A stretch of 40,755 bases of DNA. It comes from Methanosarcinales archaeon (lineage in GTDB: Archaea; Halobacteriota; Syntropharchaeia; Alkanophagales; Methanospirareceae). A program made the position numbers and the translations under genes. This document shows, in pieces, positions 17,224 to 26,196 of the stretch. A model generated the notes under the pieces. The model made no database searches. It saw only the letters and a list, made by a program, of their open reading frames with translations, and had not been told where the DNA came from. Numbering within the stretch: position 1 is the first letter of the stretch; each line of letters begins with the position of its first letter. The DNA lies in the NCBI GenBank assembly GCA_025464275.1, contig JAODGR010000043.1:1-40755 (forward strand), read 5' to 3'.

Positions 17224-17817
17224 ATGGCTGGACGGATATGCAAAGCCAGGGGCAACTGCTCACCTGAGGTGCTGGAGACGGTGGTGGAGATAGCGGTCAG
17301 CATCTCGAGTTACAGTAGAGGAGACAGGAAGATGGGTGCTCTGTTTGTGGTCGGCGATGAGGATAGGGTAATGGAGAAGTCCACACCCCTCATCCTGGAC
17401 CCCCTGGCTGGTCATCCGAGAGAGGCGAAAGACATAAGGGATGCAAATGTACAGGGCACGATAAGGGAGCTTGCGAAGCTGGATGGCGCTTTTATCATCA
17501 GTGCCGATGGATATGTCCTCTCCGCAGCGAGGTACATAGAAGCGAGCTATCGGAATATTAACCTCCCCATGGGCTTCGGTAGCAGGCACATGGCAGCGGC
17601 ATCGATATCCAGGGAGACAAATGCCGTTGCCGTGGTTGTATCCGAGAGTGACGGTGTTGTTCGGATATTTGATGGTGGTGAGCTGGTGGCGGAGATACTC
17701 ACGGGGATATGGGAACTGGATAAGATAAAGCCCCGTATAAGTGGCAAATACGAGAAGATAATAGAGAGAGACCTGGGCTTGACATTGATAATGAAGAAGA
17801 ACGAAGAGCACAGCTAA
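17224..17817 (+). CDS. Diadenylate cyclase (stand-alone DisA_N/DAC domain)
   Basis: Catalytic motifs [11 protein letters not shown] and [10 protein letters not shown]; also GALFVVGD and VVVSES. Confidence 0.88.
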   Translation: MAGRICKARGNCSPEVLETVVEIAVSISSYSRGDRKMGALFVVGDEDRVMEKSTPLILDPLAGHPREAKDIRDANVQGTIRELAKLDGAFIISADGYVLSAARYIEASYRNINLPMGFGSRHMAAASISRETNAVAVVVSESDGVVRIFDGGELVAEILTGIWELDKIKPRISGKYEKIIERDLGLTLIMKKNEEHS

Positions 17818-18611
17818 ACGCGGAAGAGGATACTGGAGAGCATGAATACCACAGCTGACAGGAGAACGATGGTCGCACCCGATGGGAGATTGAATGAATA
17901 GGCGAGTAATAGCCCGCCGATGGAGAGTGCTGAAGAGAGTGCAACAGAGGAGAGGAACATGCCACGCATTCGTGCGGTGAATCTCCTGCTGCTCGCCGCC
18001 GGGATGGTGAGCATGGCAATCACCAGTATGATGCCCACCACCCTTATCAATACCACCACGGTGAGTGCAATCAGGCATAGGAGGATGAGGTATAACCGCT
18101 CTGTGCGGAGTCCTATCGCAGTTGCATACTCCTCATCAAAGGAGATAGCCTCGAATTCATGTTGATACAGCGCCACCACGGCTATGATGACCACATCAAG
18201 TATCAGCATGAGGATTATGTCCGAGGTGGGTACCGTCAGGATATTACCAAATAGATACCCGATGAGGTCAGGTGCGTAACCGGGGGTTAACGCAACGAGG
18301 ATAATCCCCAGTGCCATTCCGGTAGCCCAGAGGATACCGATTGCGGTATCTTCCGGTATCCTTGTTCTCCGGCTCACAATCCCCATAGCCAGTGCGGAAG
18401 CGATACTGAAGGGTATAACGCCCAGAACAGGATTAAGAGACAGGAAATAGCCCAGCCCGATACCGCCAAATGCCGCATGTGCTATCCCTCCGCTTATGAA
18501 TACTATCCTCTTCACCACCACATACACACCCACAATCCCACATGCGACACTTGCCAATAATGCCGCTGCAATTGCATTTCGCATGAATGCGTAATGCAGA
18601 ATCTCCATCAT
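17814..18611 (-). CDS. Zn/Mn ABC transporter permease (ZnuB-like)
   Basis: [44 protein letters not shown]. Confidence 0.9.
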   Translation of the reverse strand: MMEILHYAFMRNAIAAALLASVACGIVGVYVVVKRIVFISGGIAHAAFGGIGLGYFLSLNPVLGVIPFSIASALAMGIVSRRTRIPEDTAIGILWATGMALGIILVALTPGYAPDLIGYLFGNILTVPTSDIILMLILDVVIIAVVALYQHEFEAISFDEEYATAIGLRTERLYLILLCLIALTVVVLIRVVGIILVIAMLTIPAASSRRFTARMRGMFLSSVALSSALSIGGLLLAYSFNLPSGATIVLLSAVVFMLSSILFRV

Positions 18612-18726
18612 CTTTATTTTTCTCTTTGCTCTGCCTGCTCAGCTCGGTGCTAAAAGTTTTATTTTACTATACCCTACGTTAACCTTAACATACTTGTATG
18701 AACAAGAAACAAGAGGGGTTAAAGAG

Positions 18727-18987
18727 ATGGATGTAGTTGTATTTGATGGTGAAGGCATGGAGGATGAAGAGATAGAGGAGGAAGAGGTAACAGAAGAGGG
18801 GAGTGTGGGCGAAGCAGAGAGCGAGGAGAGCACAGCCAAGGATAAGGAGATGGCAGCCCTGATGGAGCGATTGAAGATGAGGGAGAAGAAGGAGAAGGCA
18901 GCGGACCTCGTGAGCAGGTTAAGAGGTAAGAAGAAGGTGAACAAGAAGATAATGCCCTATGAGATCTATGCTACATCGGGCGAATGA
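18727..18987 (+). CDS. Small hypothetical protein, acidic N-terminus and basic C-terminus
   Basis: Purine-rich ORF filling the gap upstream of prs; start uncertain. Confidence 0.55.
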   Translation: MDVVVFDGEGMEDEEIEEEEVTEEGSVGEAESEESTAKDKEMAALMERLKMREKKEKAADLVSRLRGKKKVNKKIMPYEIYATSGE

Positions 18988-19106
18988 AGAGACTCAGGTA
19001 AGGTAGGTTGAGCGGATGAGAGGTGTCAGAGGTCAGGCAGACAGACAGTACCCATGCCCATGCCCAGCATCTACATCTATCATCTATCCACATATTTTTT
19101 TAGGAG

Positions 19107-20003
19107 ATGAAGATAATCCCGGGAACGGCGTCCCAGATACTGGGTGCGCGAATTGCTGCGGAACTGAACTGTGAACTGGTACTGTGTGAATATAGACGCT
19201 TTCCAGACGGTGAGCTATACACGCGGATAAGGGGCGATATAGAAGGGGAGCATGCAGTGATAGTGCAGAGCATAAGGAGCGATTCAGACCTGGTTGCTCT
19301 GCTACAGCTGATGGATGCTGCGGAGGATGCCTCTAAAATCACCGTTGTCATCCCTTATCTGGGCTATGCGAGGCAGGATAAGAGGTTCAAACCAGGTGAA
19401 GCGATCTCAATAAGGGCAATAGCGAGGAGCATAACCATAAACGGGACTATGGATACCCTCTACGTGGTGAATGTGCATGACCCTGCCGAGCTGCACTACT
19501 TCGAGGTGGACTGCCGCGAGCTGGATGCGGCGCCACTGCTCGGTGATTATATAAGGGGTATGGAGAAGCAGACAGCCCCGGTGGTGGTGATAGGACCGGA
19601 TGAGGGTGCATCGGACCTGGCGAGAGCAGTTGCAGCTCCTCACGGACTCGATTTTGATGTGCTGCATAAGAGGAGGCTGAGTGGTGAGGAGGTGGAGATA
19701 GAGCCAGAGGAGCTGAGTATCACCATCGAGGGGAAAAATATCGTCATCGTTGATGATATCATATCCACAGGTGGTACCATTGCAGAAGCGAGCAGGATAT
19801 TGAAGGAGCAGAACGCGGGTGACATCTATGTCGCGTGTGTGCACGGGCTATTCGTGCAGAACGCCATTCTGCGAATGCTCCATGCAGGTGTCAGGGAGAT
19901 AATCAGTACAGACACGGTGGAGTCGCTATTCAGTCGTGTGAGCATATCGAAGCTGGTAGCGAATGCGCTTCTCTCACCTTCTTCGGCTACCGCGTTTAAA
20001 TAG
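19107..20003 (+). CDS. prs: Ribose-phosphate pyrophosphokinase
   Basis: FPDGE, PYLGYARQD, PDEG, VIVDDIISTGGT, CVHG. Confidence 0.95.
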   Translation: MKIIPGTASQILGARIAAELNCELVLCEYRRFPDGELYTRIRGDIEGEHAVIVQSIRSDSDLVALLQLMDAAEDASKITVVIPYLGYARQDKRFKPGEAISIRAIARSITINGTMDTLYVVNVHDPAELHYFEVDCRELDAAPLLGDYIRGMEKQTAPVVVIGPDEGASDLARAVAAPHGLDFDVLHKRRLSGEEVEIEPEELSITIEGKNIVIVDDIISTGGTIAEASRILKEQNAGDIYVACVHGLFVQNAILRMLHAGVREIISTDTVESLFSRVSISKLVANALLSPSSATAFK

Positions 20004-20969
20004 TCGCCTTATATCGCTACCAACGGTCTCAATTGGATGTCTGCTTATCTCCTCCCTGCTCCTCTTGAGGAATGGAGTACCTTTACGGTATTCTTCCACC
20101 CACTCGGAAGCGAATTCACCACTCTCAATCCGCTTCAAAGCAGTCTTCATCCTCTCTTTCACCTCCGGTCCGATAATCCTGTGCCCCACGGACCACATCC
20201 CATACTCCGCGGTATTTGAGATCACCTCAGCCATGCGCTTTATCCCGCCCTCCCATATCAGGTCAACGATGAGCTTCATCTCGTGTACACACTCGAAATA
20301 AGCCATCTCAGGTGGATAGCCAGCTTCTACAAGCACTTCAAAACCGCTCTTCATCAGTTCCACCAGACCGCCACATAACACGCACTGCTCACCGAATAGG
20401 TCTTCGTAAGTCTCCTCTTCGAATGTACATTCCAGAATACCCGCTCGCGTCCATCGCATCGCCTTCGCCATTGCCAGTGCGACCTCACGCGCCCTGCCAG
20501 AGGGGTTCTGTCTCACTGCGACCAGCCCGGGCACTCCAAACCCCTCCAGATACGCCTTCCGCTCCTCCGTACCCGGTGCCTTTGGCGCCACCATGATCAC
20601 ATCCACATCCGGCGGTGGAACGATTCTATTGAAGCAGATGCTGAAGCCGTGAGAGAAGCTGAGAGTCTTACCCCTTTCCATCTGCGGCTTTATCTCTGAC
20701 TCGTACACCTCCGCCTGCACCTCGTCAGGAATCAGGATATGAACGATATCCCCCCTCCTTGCCGCTTCACCTACCGGTAGCACCTCAAACCCGTCCTCCT
20801 TCGCATGCTCCCAGGAGGTACCCGAGGGTCGGAGTCCAATCACCACACTGACATTGGAGTCCCGCAGACACTTCGCCTGCGCCTCACCCTGTGCCCCGTA
20901 ACCTATCACCGCTATCGTCTTATCTGATAAGATACTCTCATCCACATCCTCATCGTGTAATATCCTCAT
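19974..20969 (-). CDS. ilvC: Ketol-acid reductoisomerase
   Basis: GYGAQG, FSHGF, MVAPKAPG, DLFGEQCVLCGG, AYFECVHEMKLIVDL, SNTAEYG. Confidence 0.97.
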   Translation of the reverse strand: MRILHDEDVDESILSDKTIAVIGYGAQGEAQAKCLRDSNVSVVIGLRPSGTSWEHAKEDGFEVLPVGEAARRGDIVHILIPDEVQAEVYESEIKPQMERGKTLSFSHGFSICFNRIVPPPDVDVIMVAPKAPGTEERKAYLEGFGVPGLVAVRQNPSGRAREVALAMAKAMRWTRAGILECTFEEETYEDLFGEQCVLCGGLVELMKSGFEVLVEAGYPPEMAYFECVHEMKLIVDLIWEGGIKRMAEVISNTAEYGMWSVGHRIIGPEVKERMKTALKRIESGEFASEWVEEYRKGTPFLKRSREEISRHPIETVGSDIRRLFKRGSRRR

Positions 20970-21022
20970 GCTTCAATTCAAGGCTCGCAGGTTATTTAAA
21001 GCTTGGCAGCTTAGCTCAGAGC

Positions 21023-22312
21023 TTAGCTATTCTGGTTCTGGAGTATCGCTCTCATCCGTGAGCTGATCTCCTCGCGACCGGTGAAGCGCATCAAATCCCG
21101 CCATCGCTTCTGCAGCTCGCACAGGCTCTGGAAGGGGTTGAACTTCGGTACTGCATCTGTTCTGGCAATTACAATATTCTTCAGTGCCTCTTCACTGCCT
21201 GCCCGGTCACCCCGTGCAAGGTACTCCTCGGATAGCAACCTGCATGCCTTCTCTATCTTATCCTCGAGGTCTCTCTTCAAGAAGCAACCAGGGTAGGGGT
21301 CGAAATCCTCTGGATATACCCTCGTCATCCCCTCTATCTCCTTCTCACTCTCACCCTGAGCCTGACCCTCTATCTTCGCACGTTCATAGATAAAGCGGTA
21401 GATGTCCATTCGGAGCTGCAGCCATGTGGGATGCGATTTCGGTGGTGGGAGGTGCTTGATGGATAGCTCTTTATCCAGGAAGAAACGGAAGCCGAACATT
21501 CGCGCATTTATCAGGAAGTCTATATCCTCTCCTCTCGTTATCCCGGGGTCAAAAGGAACAGTGGTGAAGAGATTCCGGTGGATGACCATATTCCCGCCGA
21601 ATACGAAAGGAGTCTCTTTCAGCCGCTGCCACGGCTCTGCACCGATGATAATATCAAATGCCTCGTTCATACGCTCATACTGGTCCCAGTATCTCATCCA
21701 CGGGCGGAGAGGTCTTTTAATGTGGTAGTCACCATCTGGCTGCAGATAATATCCTGCAACTGCATTGACCCTCATCCTCATGCCTCCACCGCCACCGCCG
21801 CCGATATCACGCCCGATGAATTCCTTAGCCTTGGCAATGAATTTCGGGTCTTCAAACACCTCGTCATCGTCTATAAGCACAGCTACATCGGAACCCAGGA
21901 TATGGGGGATGAAGAGGCATAGATTCCGGATATTGGAATAGCCGCGAAGCTGTAGGAGGTCATTATACTCACCCTTACCCTCTGCGGTCAGCAGTTCATG
22001 TATTTGCGCCAGATGTGAACGCCCGAAGAGGAATACCTCCACCCCAGCTCCTGGATTGGATGCCCTGATGATACTGGCAACCTTCCGCTCCACATCCATC
22101 TCGATCTCTTCCGCCGTGGCGGCAGCGATTATCACCAGTTGAAAATCCCTGTCCTCCTCATCCAGTATCTCTAAGCTCTGTATTGTCCTGAGTAAAGTAC
22201 CCTCCCTGTCCAGAGGAGTCGGGTGGTCATAGATGGCATCACCTTCCTTCCAGCCGGTTCCGCTTTCCCTCGCCCAGTAGGTGGGAATTACCATTGTGAG
22301 TTTGAGTTTCAT
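21023..22312 (-). CDS. Putative GT-A fold glycosyltransferase
   Basis: MVIPTY, GYSNIRN, LIDDDE (DxD motif), GGNMV, RGEDIDF. Confidence 0.7.
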   Translation of the reverse strand: MKLKLTMVIPTYWARESGTGWKEGDAIYDHPTPLDREGTLLRTIQSLEILDEEDRDFQLVIIAAATAEEIEMDVERKVASIIRASNPGAGVEVFLFGRSHLAQIHELLTAEGKGEYNDLLQLRGYSNIRNLCLFIPHILGSDVAVLIDDDEVFEDPKFIAKAKEFIGRDIGGGGGGGMRMRVNAVAGYYLQPDGDYHIKRPLRPWMRYWDQYERMNEAFDIIIGAEPWQRLKETPFVFGGNMVIHRNLFTTVPFDPGITRGEDIDFLINARMFGFRFFLDKELSIKHLPPPKSHPTWLQLRMDIYRFIYERAKIEGQAQGESEKEIEGMTRVYPEDFDPYPGCFLKRDLEDKIEKACRLLSEEYLARGDRAGSEEALKNIVIARTDAVPKFNPFQSLCELQKRWRDLMRFTGREEISSRMRAILQNQNS

Positions 22313-22364
22313 TTCATGATACCTCCCTTCCTCCTCCTCCCATCCCCATGCTTAGCTTCTTATC

Positions 22365-23600
22365 TTATCTCTTATCTCTGTATATCTCACGCTGTATGAT
22401 GTATCGCATTATCTCATTCGTGCCTGCGGGTATCATGGATAGGCGAGCCATTCTAAACGCCCATTCCACTGGATATTCCGATAACCCGCGCCCGCCGAGT
22501 ATCTGGAGTGTGTTATGCGCTACCTCAAAAAAAGCTTCAGATGCGAGGAGTTTTGACATCGCCGATTCCTTATCCACGTGATAACCGGCATCTATCAGTC
22601 TTGTGGTATGATAAACCATCAATCTCGCCGCCTCCAGCTTCGTCACCATATCCGCGAGCTTGAAGCTCACCGCCTCGAAGCGGCTTATTGACCTCCCAAA
22701 TTGCTCACGCTCCATAGAATACTCTGTTGCGAGTTCCACCACCGGTCTCGCCTCACCCACGAGCATCGCGGCGTACAGCACTCTCTCAATGGCGAGCTCG
22801 TCGAACATTATCTTCATACCTGCGTTCTCGCTGCCCAGGAGGTTCTCCGCGGGGACGCTCAAGCCATCGAAGCGGATATGTGAATTCACCGTGCCAGGGA
22901 ATCCACCCAGCAATTTATAATCCTCGATCACCGTAAAACCCGCTCTCATTACTCCCGCTCCTTCCCGTGGCTCCACTATAAATACGCTCATACCACGCGC
23001 CGGTTCTTGTTCCACCTGCTGCCCGGTGAGTGCCCACACCAGGAGCACATCCGCTTTACTCCCGTTTGTGATGTTCCTCTTCTCGCCTCTTATCACGTAC
23101 CCACCCCCTTTTATCACCGCTTCCGCACGTGTTCTGATGCGTGACACATCACTGCCTGCATCAGGCTCGGTTATCGCAATAGCACCGCTCATCGTACCCG
23201 AGCGCATGGCATTCAGGAATCGTTCCTTCTGCTCCTCTGTACCGAACCTCGAGATGGTCGCATATACATAGGAGGAGGTAGAATGTATCCATGCGAGGGG
23301 CACGCAGGCTGCACCAAGCTCCTCCGCCAGTATCGCTTCACAGGTCAGGCTCCCTCTTCCTCCATACTCCGCCGGTAATACCGGTGCCAGGAAACCAGCT
23401 TCACCCAGCCTCTTATACAGTGCCCTTGCTCTTGGATACAGGTCAGGGTCATCTGCATGCTCCTGCCCATGCTCGTATATCTCCCGTTCCAGTTCTTTTG
23501 CCTCTGACTGCAGCAGGAAATTGCGTAATTCAGCTCTAAATCTGTTCTCGTCTGCGGAGAAGAATATCTCATCGCCTTTCCTGTTCATGATGCTCCTCAT
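22365..23600 (-). CDS. Acyl-CoA dehydrogenase
   Basis: FGTEEQK, AITEPDAGSD, GEKRNITNG, REQFGRSI, QILGGRG, IPAGTNEIMR. Confidence 0.93.
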   Translation of the reverse strand: MRSIMNRKGDEIFFSADENRFRAELRNFLLQSEAKELEREIYEHGQEHADDPDLYPRARALYKRLGEAGFLAPVLPAEYGGRGSLTCEAILAEELGAACVPLAWIHSTSSYVYATISRFGTEEQKERFLNAMRSGTMSGAIAITEPDAGSDVSRIRTRAEAVIKGGGYVIRGEKRNITNGSKADVLLVWALTGQQVEQEPARGMSVFIVEPREGAGVMRAGFTVIEDYKLLGGFPGTVNSHIRFDGLSVPAENLLGSENAGMKIMFDELAIERVLYAAMLVGEARPVVELATEYSMEREQFGRSISRFEAVSFKLADMVTKLEAARLMVYHTTRLIDAGYHVDKESAMSKLLASEAFFEVAHNTLQILGGRGLSEYPVEWAFRMARLSMIPAGTNEIMRYIIQREIYRDKR

Positions 23601-23682
23601 TCCTCATATTTCTATCTCTATTCTATCTTATGCGTGATATATTTACATTTACAATCCGTAATCCACAATTTAAGTATGCAGC

Positions 23683-24375
23683 ATGGAGATGTGGAGATTT
23701 GTGGTGGGCATCTCTGTATCAGGTATCTGCCTACTGTACTGCATAGCCGGGGTTGTAACACCGCCATACGTAGCACTGGATACGATATCGAACCACGAGA
23801 ACGAAGTTATACGGACAAAGGGGCTTGTCACCGACCTCCACATCCTCTCTGGCGGTGGTATGCTGCTGACCGTGATGGATAACGGGACTGAATTGCCGGT
23901 GTATCTCAGTCTCAGTCCGGGTTCAGGTGGGTGCGATTTAAAGCTCCGGTACGGGGATGAGATAGAACTGGTGGGGAGGGTAGAGCGATACAGGGGAAGC
24001 TATGAGCTCGTGGCATCAGGAGAAGGCGTCAAGATCGAGCACAGTGACCCTGATGCAGGTACAGACGCTGTGTATTTCGTTACACAGGTAGCCAGGTATC
24101 CGGATACTTATAAAGGCAGGCGTATAAGGGTTGTGGGCTATACCTGTGAGGTGTACAGGCGTATTTTTTATCTCTGCAGCGATCACGGTGAAGGCGAAGG
24201 ACCCGGGCACCGGTACCGGATGAAGGTGAGAGTGGAGGATGAGGGTAGGGAGAGGGGGGCATTGCCTGAAGTGGAGGAGGGCGAGAGAATTATAGCAGAT
24301 GGTGTGCTTGTTTATAACCATGAGAATATGCAGTATGAATTGAACCTCATCTCTTTATCTTTAGCCGCTCTGTGA
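23683..24375 (+). CDS. Membrane-anchored OB-fold protein
   Basis: N-terminal hydrophobic anchor; GLVTD...DNGT...GDEIELVGRVERYRGSYEL, then a second OB-like repeat. Confidence 0.65.
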   Translation: MEMWRFVVGISVSGICLLYCIAGVVTPPYVALDTISNHENEVIRTKGLVTDLHILSGGGMLLTVMDNGTELPVYLSLSPGSGGCDLKLRYGDEIELVGRVERYRGSYELVASGEGVKIEHSDPDAGTDAVYFVTQVARYPDTYKGRRIRVVGYTCEVYRRIFYLCSDHGEGEGPGHRYRMKVRVEDEGRERGALPEVEEGERIIADGVLVYNHENMQYELNLISLSLAAL

Positions 24376-24835
24376 GCCATCCAATCCTCTTCACTTCCTC
24401 ATCCTCGTTAAACTCCGGTATACTGGGCTTGATGTCTATCAGGGGTGTACCATCAATGGCATCTATACCTTTAATTCGCAGTACGGTCCCTTTCCTCTCT
24501 ATCAACTTCACAATGGATATCCCTATTGGATTCGGTCTATTCGGCGACCGTGTGGCGAATAAGCCATGTAATTCGGTATCCCAGGGAGTCCTCACGAGCA
24601 GTGAATAGCCATGCGACCTGTGGAGCCAATATAGGATTATGAGGTGCGAGAAGCCTTCAATGTCTTTCAACCCCTCTGCATACTGCTCAAATACTTCTAC
24701 CTCCGCTATTACCTCTGATTTACTTGTCTGGCGTGGACATTCGCTCAAACTCTTATACGGGCTGTGAATCACACCTATGGGAATCACCGTCATCCGGGTC
24801 GCCATGCTTCGCTCTATGTTCTCTCGCGCCATCAT
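24347..24835 (-). CDS. tsaA: TrmO/TsaA-like tRNA t6A37 methyltransferase domain protein
   Basis: PIGVIHSPY, GLFATRSPNRPNPIG, IDAIDGTPLIDIKP. Confidence 0.85.
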   Translation of the reverse strand: MMARENIERSMATRMTVIPIGVIHSPYKSLSECPRQTSKSEVIAEVEVFEQYAEGLKDIEGFSHLIILYWLHRSHGYSLLVRTPWDTELHGLFATRSPNRPNPIGISIVKLIERKGTVLRIKGIDAIDGTPLIDIKPSIPEFNEDEEVKRIGWLTERLKIKR

Positions 24836-25408
24836 TCATTCAGGGTCTGCTATCGTTGTTGATGCCAGCAGTACACCTATAATCGTCTTGCCGTCCTTCA
24901 ACTTACCACTCTTTATCATACTCAGGAGCTCTTCTGCGGGTATAACCCTGGTCGGGAGTTCGGGCTCGGTTGAAACCCTCTTCAAACCCTCCGCCCTGAA
25001 GATGTGTATCACCTCACTGCTGACACCGGGTGAGGGGAAGAACTCAACCATTTTATCCAGCTTCGATGCCCGGAAACCCGTCTCCTCTATCAATTCACGC
25101 ATTGCACACCCCTCTGGTGATTCTCCAGCCTCTATCGTACCTGCCGGTATCTCCAGGCTCTTGCTCTCCACAGCTTTTCGATACTGCTCCACCAGTAATA
25201 TGCCCTCATCACTCATTGCCACAACAGCTGCAGCACCTGGATGTACCACTATCTCACGTCGCTTTGTCTTCTTACCGGCTCTAACGGTGTCAATCCGGAG
25301 GCGTAAGATTCTACCCTGATATACCTCCTCACTCGCGATGGTCTCCTCTTCCCGGTTCACCTCCTCTTTCACTTCCTCTTTCACTTCCTCCTCTACCACC
25401 ATCATCAC
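24836..25408 (-). CDS. NUDIX hydrolase (ADP-ribose pyrophosphatase-like)
   Basis: Nudix box GTIEAGESPEGCAMRELIEETG; also HPGAAAV, QYR, SPG, DGKT. Confidence 0.9.
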   Translation of the reverse strand: MMMVVEEEVKEEVKEEVNREEETIASEEVYQGRILRLRIDTVRAGKKTKRREIVVHPGAAAVVAMSDEGILLVEQYRKAVESKSLEIPAGTIEAGESPEGCAMRELIEETGFRASKLDKMVEFFPSPGVSSEVIHIFRAEGLKRVSTEPELPTRVIPAEELLSMIKSGKLKDGKTIIGVLLASTTIADPE

Positions 25409-25796
25409 CGACGGAAGCCAGTGCGCCCATGGGGCATGCTCTCACACACACATCACACTTGATACACTTCTCCTCATCCAGGGTAAGCTGCCATGCATGG
25501 TCGAACTTGAAGACCCCGGATGGGCAGACGGAGATACAGGCACCACAATGGATGCATTTATCTTCATCCCATGCAATCACCTTCACCAGTTTATGTACTT
25601 CCACTCCTTTACGCTTGAATAGCTCCACCACACGCTCCACTTTGTCTCGCGGGACATCAATGATGAGTTCACCTCGAACCGCATCCACATATGCACGTTC
25701 TATGTTCATCTTCGCACCGGTCTCAATGATTACCTCTGCCGTATTCGGTACACCATGCAAATGTGGCGGGAATCGCAGTTGTAATTTCATAGCCAC
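25329..25796 (-). CDS. NIL domain plus 2x[4Fe-4S] ferredoxin protein
   Basis: CIHCGACISVCP and CIKCDVCVRACP; NIL-like N-terminal segment (MNIERAYV). Confidence 0.85.
   Translation of the reverse strand: MAMKLQLRFPPHLHGVPNTAEVIIETGAKMNIERAYVDAVRGELIIDVPRDKVERVVELFKRKGVEVHKLVKVIAWDEDKCIHCGACISVCPSGVFKFDHAWQLTLDEEKCIKCDVCVRACPMGALASVGDDGGRGGSERGSERGGEPGRGDHRE
25356..25391. repeat. 12-bp tandem repeat x3 (TTCACYTCCTCY), encoding EEVK repeats in NUDIX
   Basis: Read directly from the sequence. Confidence 0.85.
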
Positions 25797-25902
25797 TTAC
25801 CTATTCTTTCTATTTCTATTCTTATTCTATTACAATAATACCACATACCTAATTATTAGGCCAAAAATTCCTTTATTGGCATATACGAGATATGAGATGG
25901 TG

Positions 25903-26196
25903 ATGGGCATCGAAGTAGCAGTAACGATAAGATTGAAGCCCGGGGTTGCGGACCCTGAAGGGGAGAACACGAAGAAGGCATTGAATCTACTGGGCTTCTC
26001 CAACGTTCGGGCTGTGAGAACGATGAAGAGGTTTATAATTGAGTTAGAAGGTGGCGCTCATGGCGATACGAGCGCGATAAGGGCTGAGGTGGAAGAGATG
26101 TGTAAGAAACTCCTCGCCAATCCGGTGATTCAGGATTATGAGATAGCGATAGAGGCAGAGACAGAGGCAGAGCCAGAGAAGGGGGTGGAGAGATGA
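25903..26196 (+). CDS. purS: Phosphoribosylformylglycinamidine synthase subunit PurS
   Basis: IRLKPGVADPEG and MCKKLLANPVIQDY. Start is at ATG 25897 or 25903, not 25429. Confidence 0.92.
   Translation: MGIEVAVTIRLKPGVADPEGENTKKALNLLGFSNVRAVRTMKRFIIELEGGAHGDTSAIRAEVEEMCKKLLANPVIQDYEIAIEAETEAEPEKGVER

Noticed and set aside
17814..18611. ABC permease without adjacent ATPase or binding protein as a novel system
   Set aside because: Split ABC operons are common; the partner genes are probably elsewhere in the genome.
19974..20003. Convergent 3' overlaps (prs/ilvC; also 24347-24375) as regulatory features
   Set aside because: Short tail-to-tail overlaps are common in compact archaeal genomes.
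25429..25896. 255-aa ORF suggesting a PurS fusion
   Set aside because: The extension is the antisense of the ferredoxin gene plus AT-rich promoter DNA; PurS similarity starts at about 25900.
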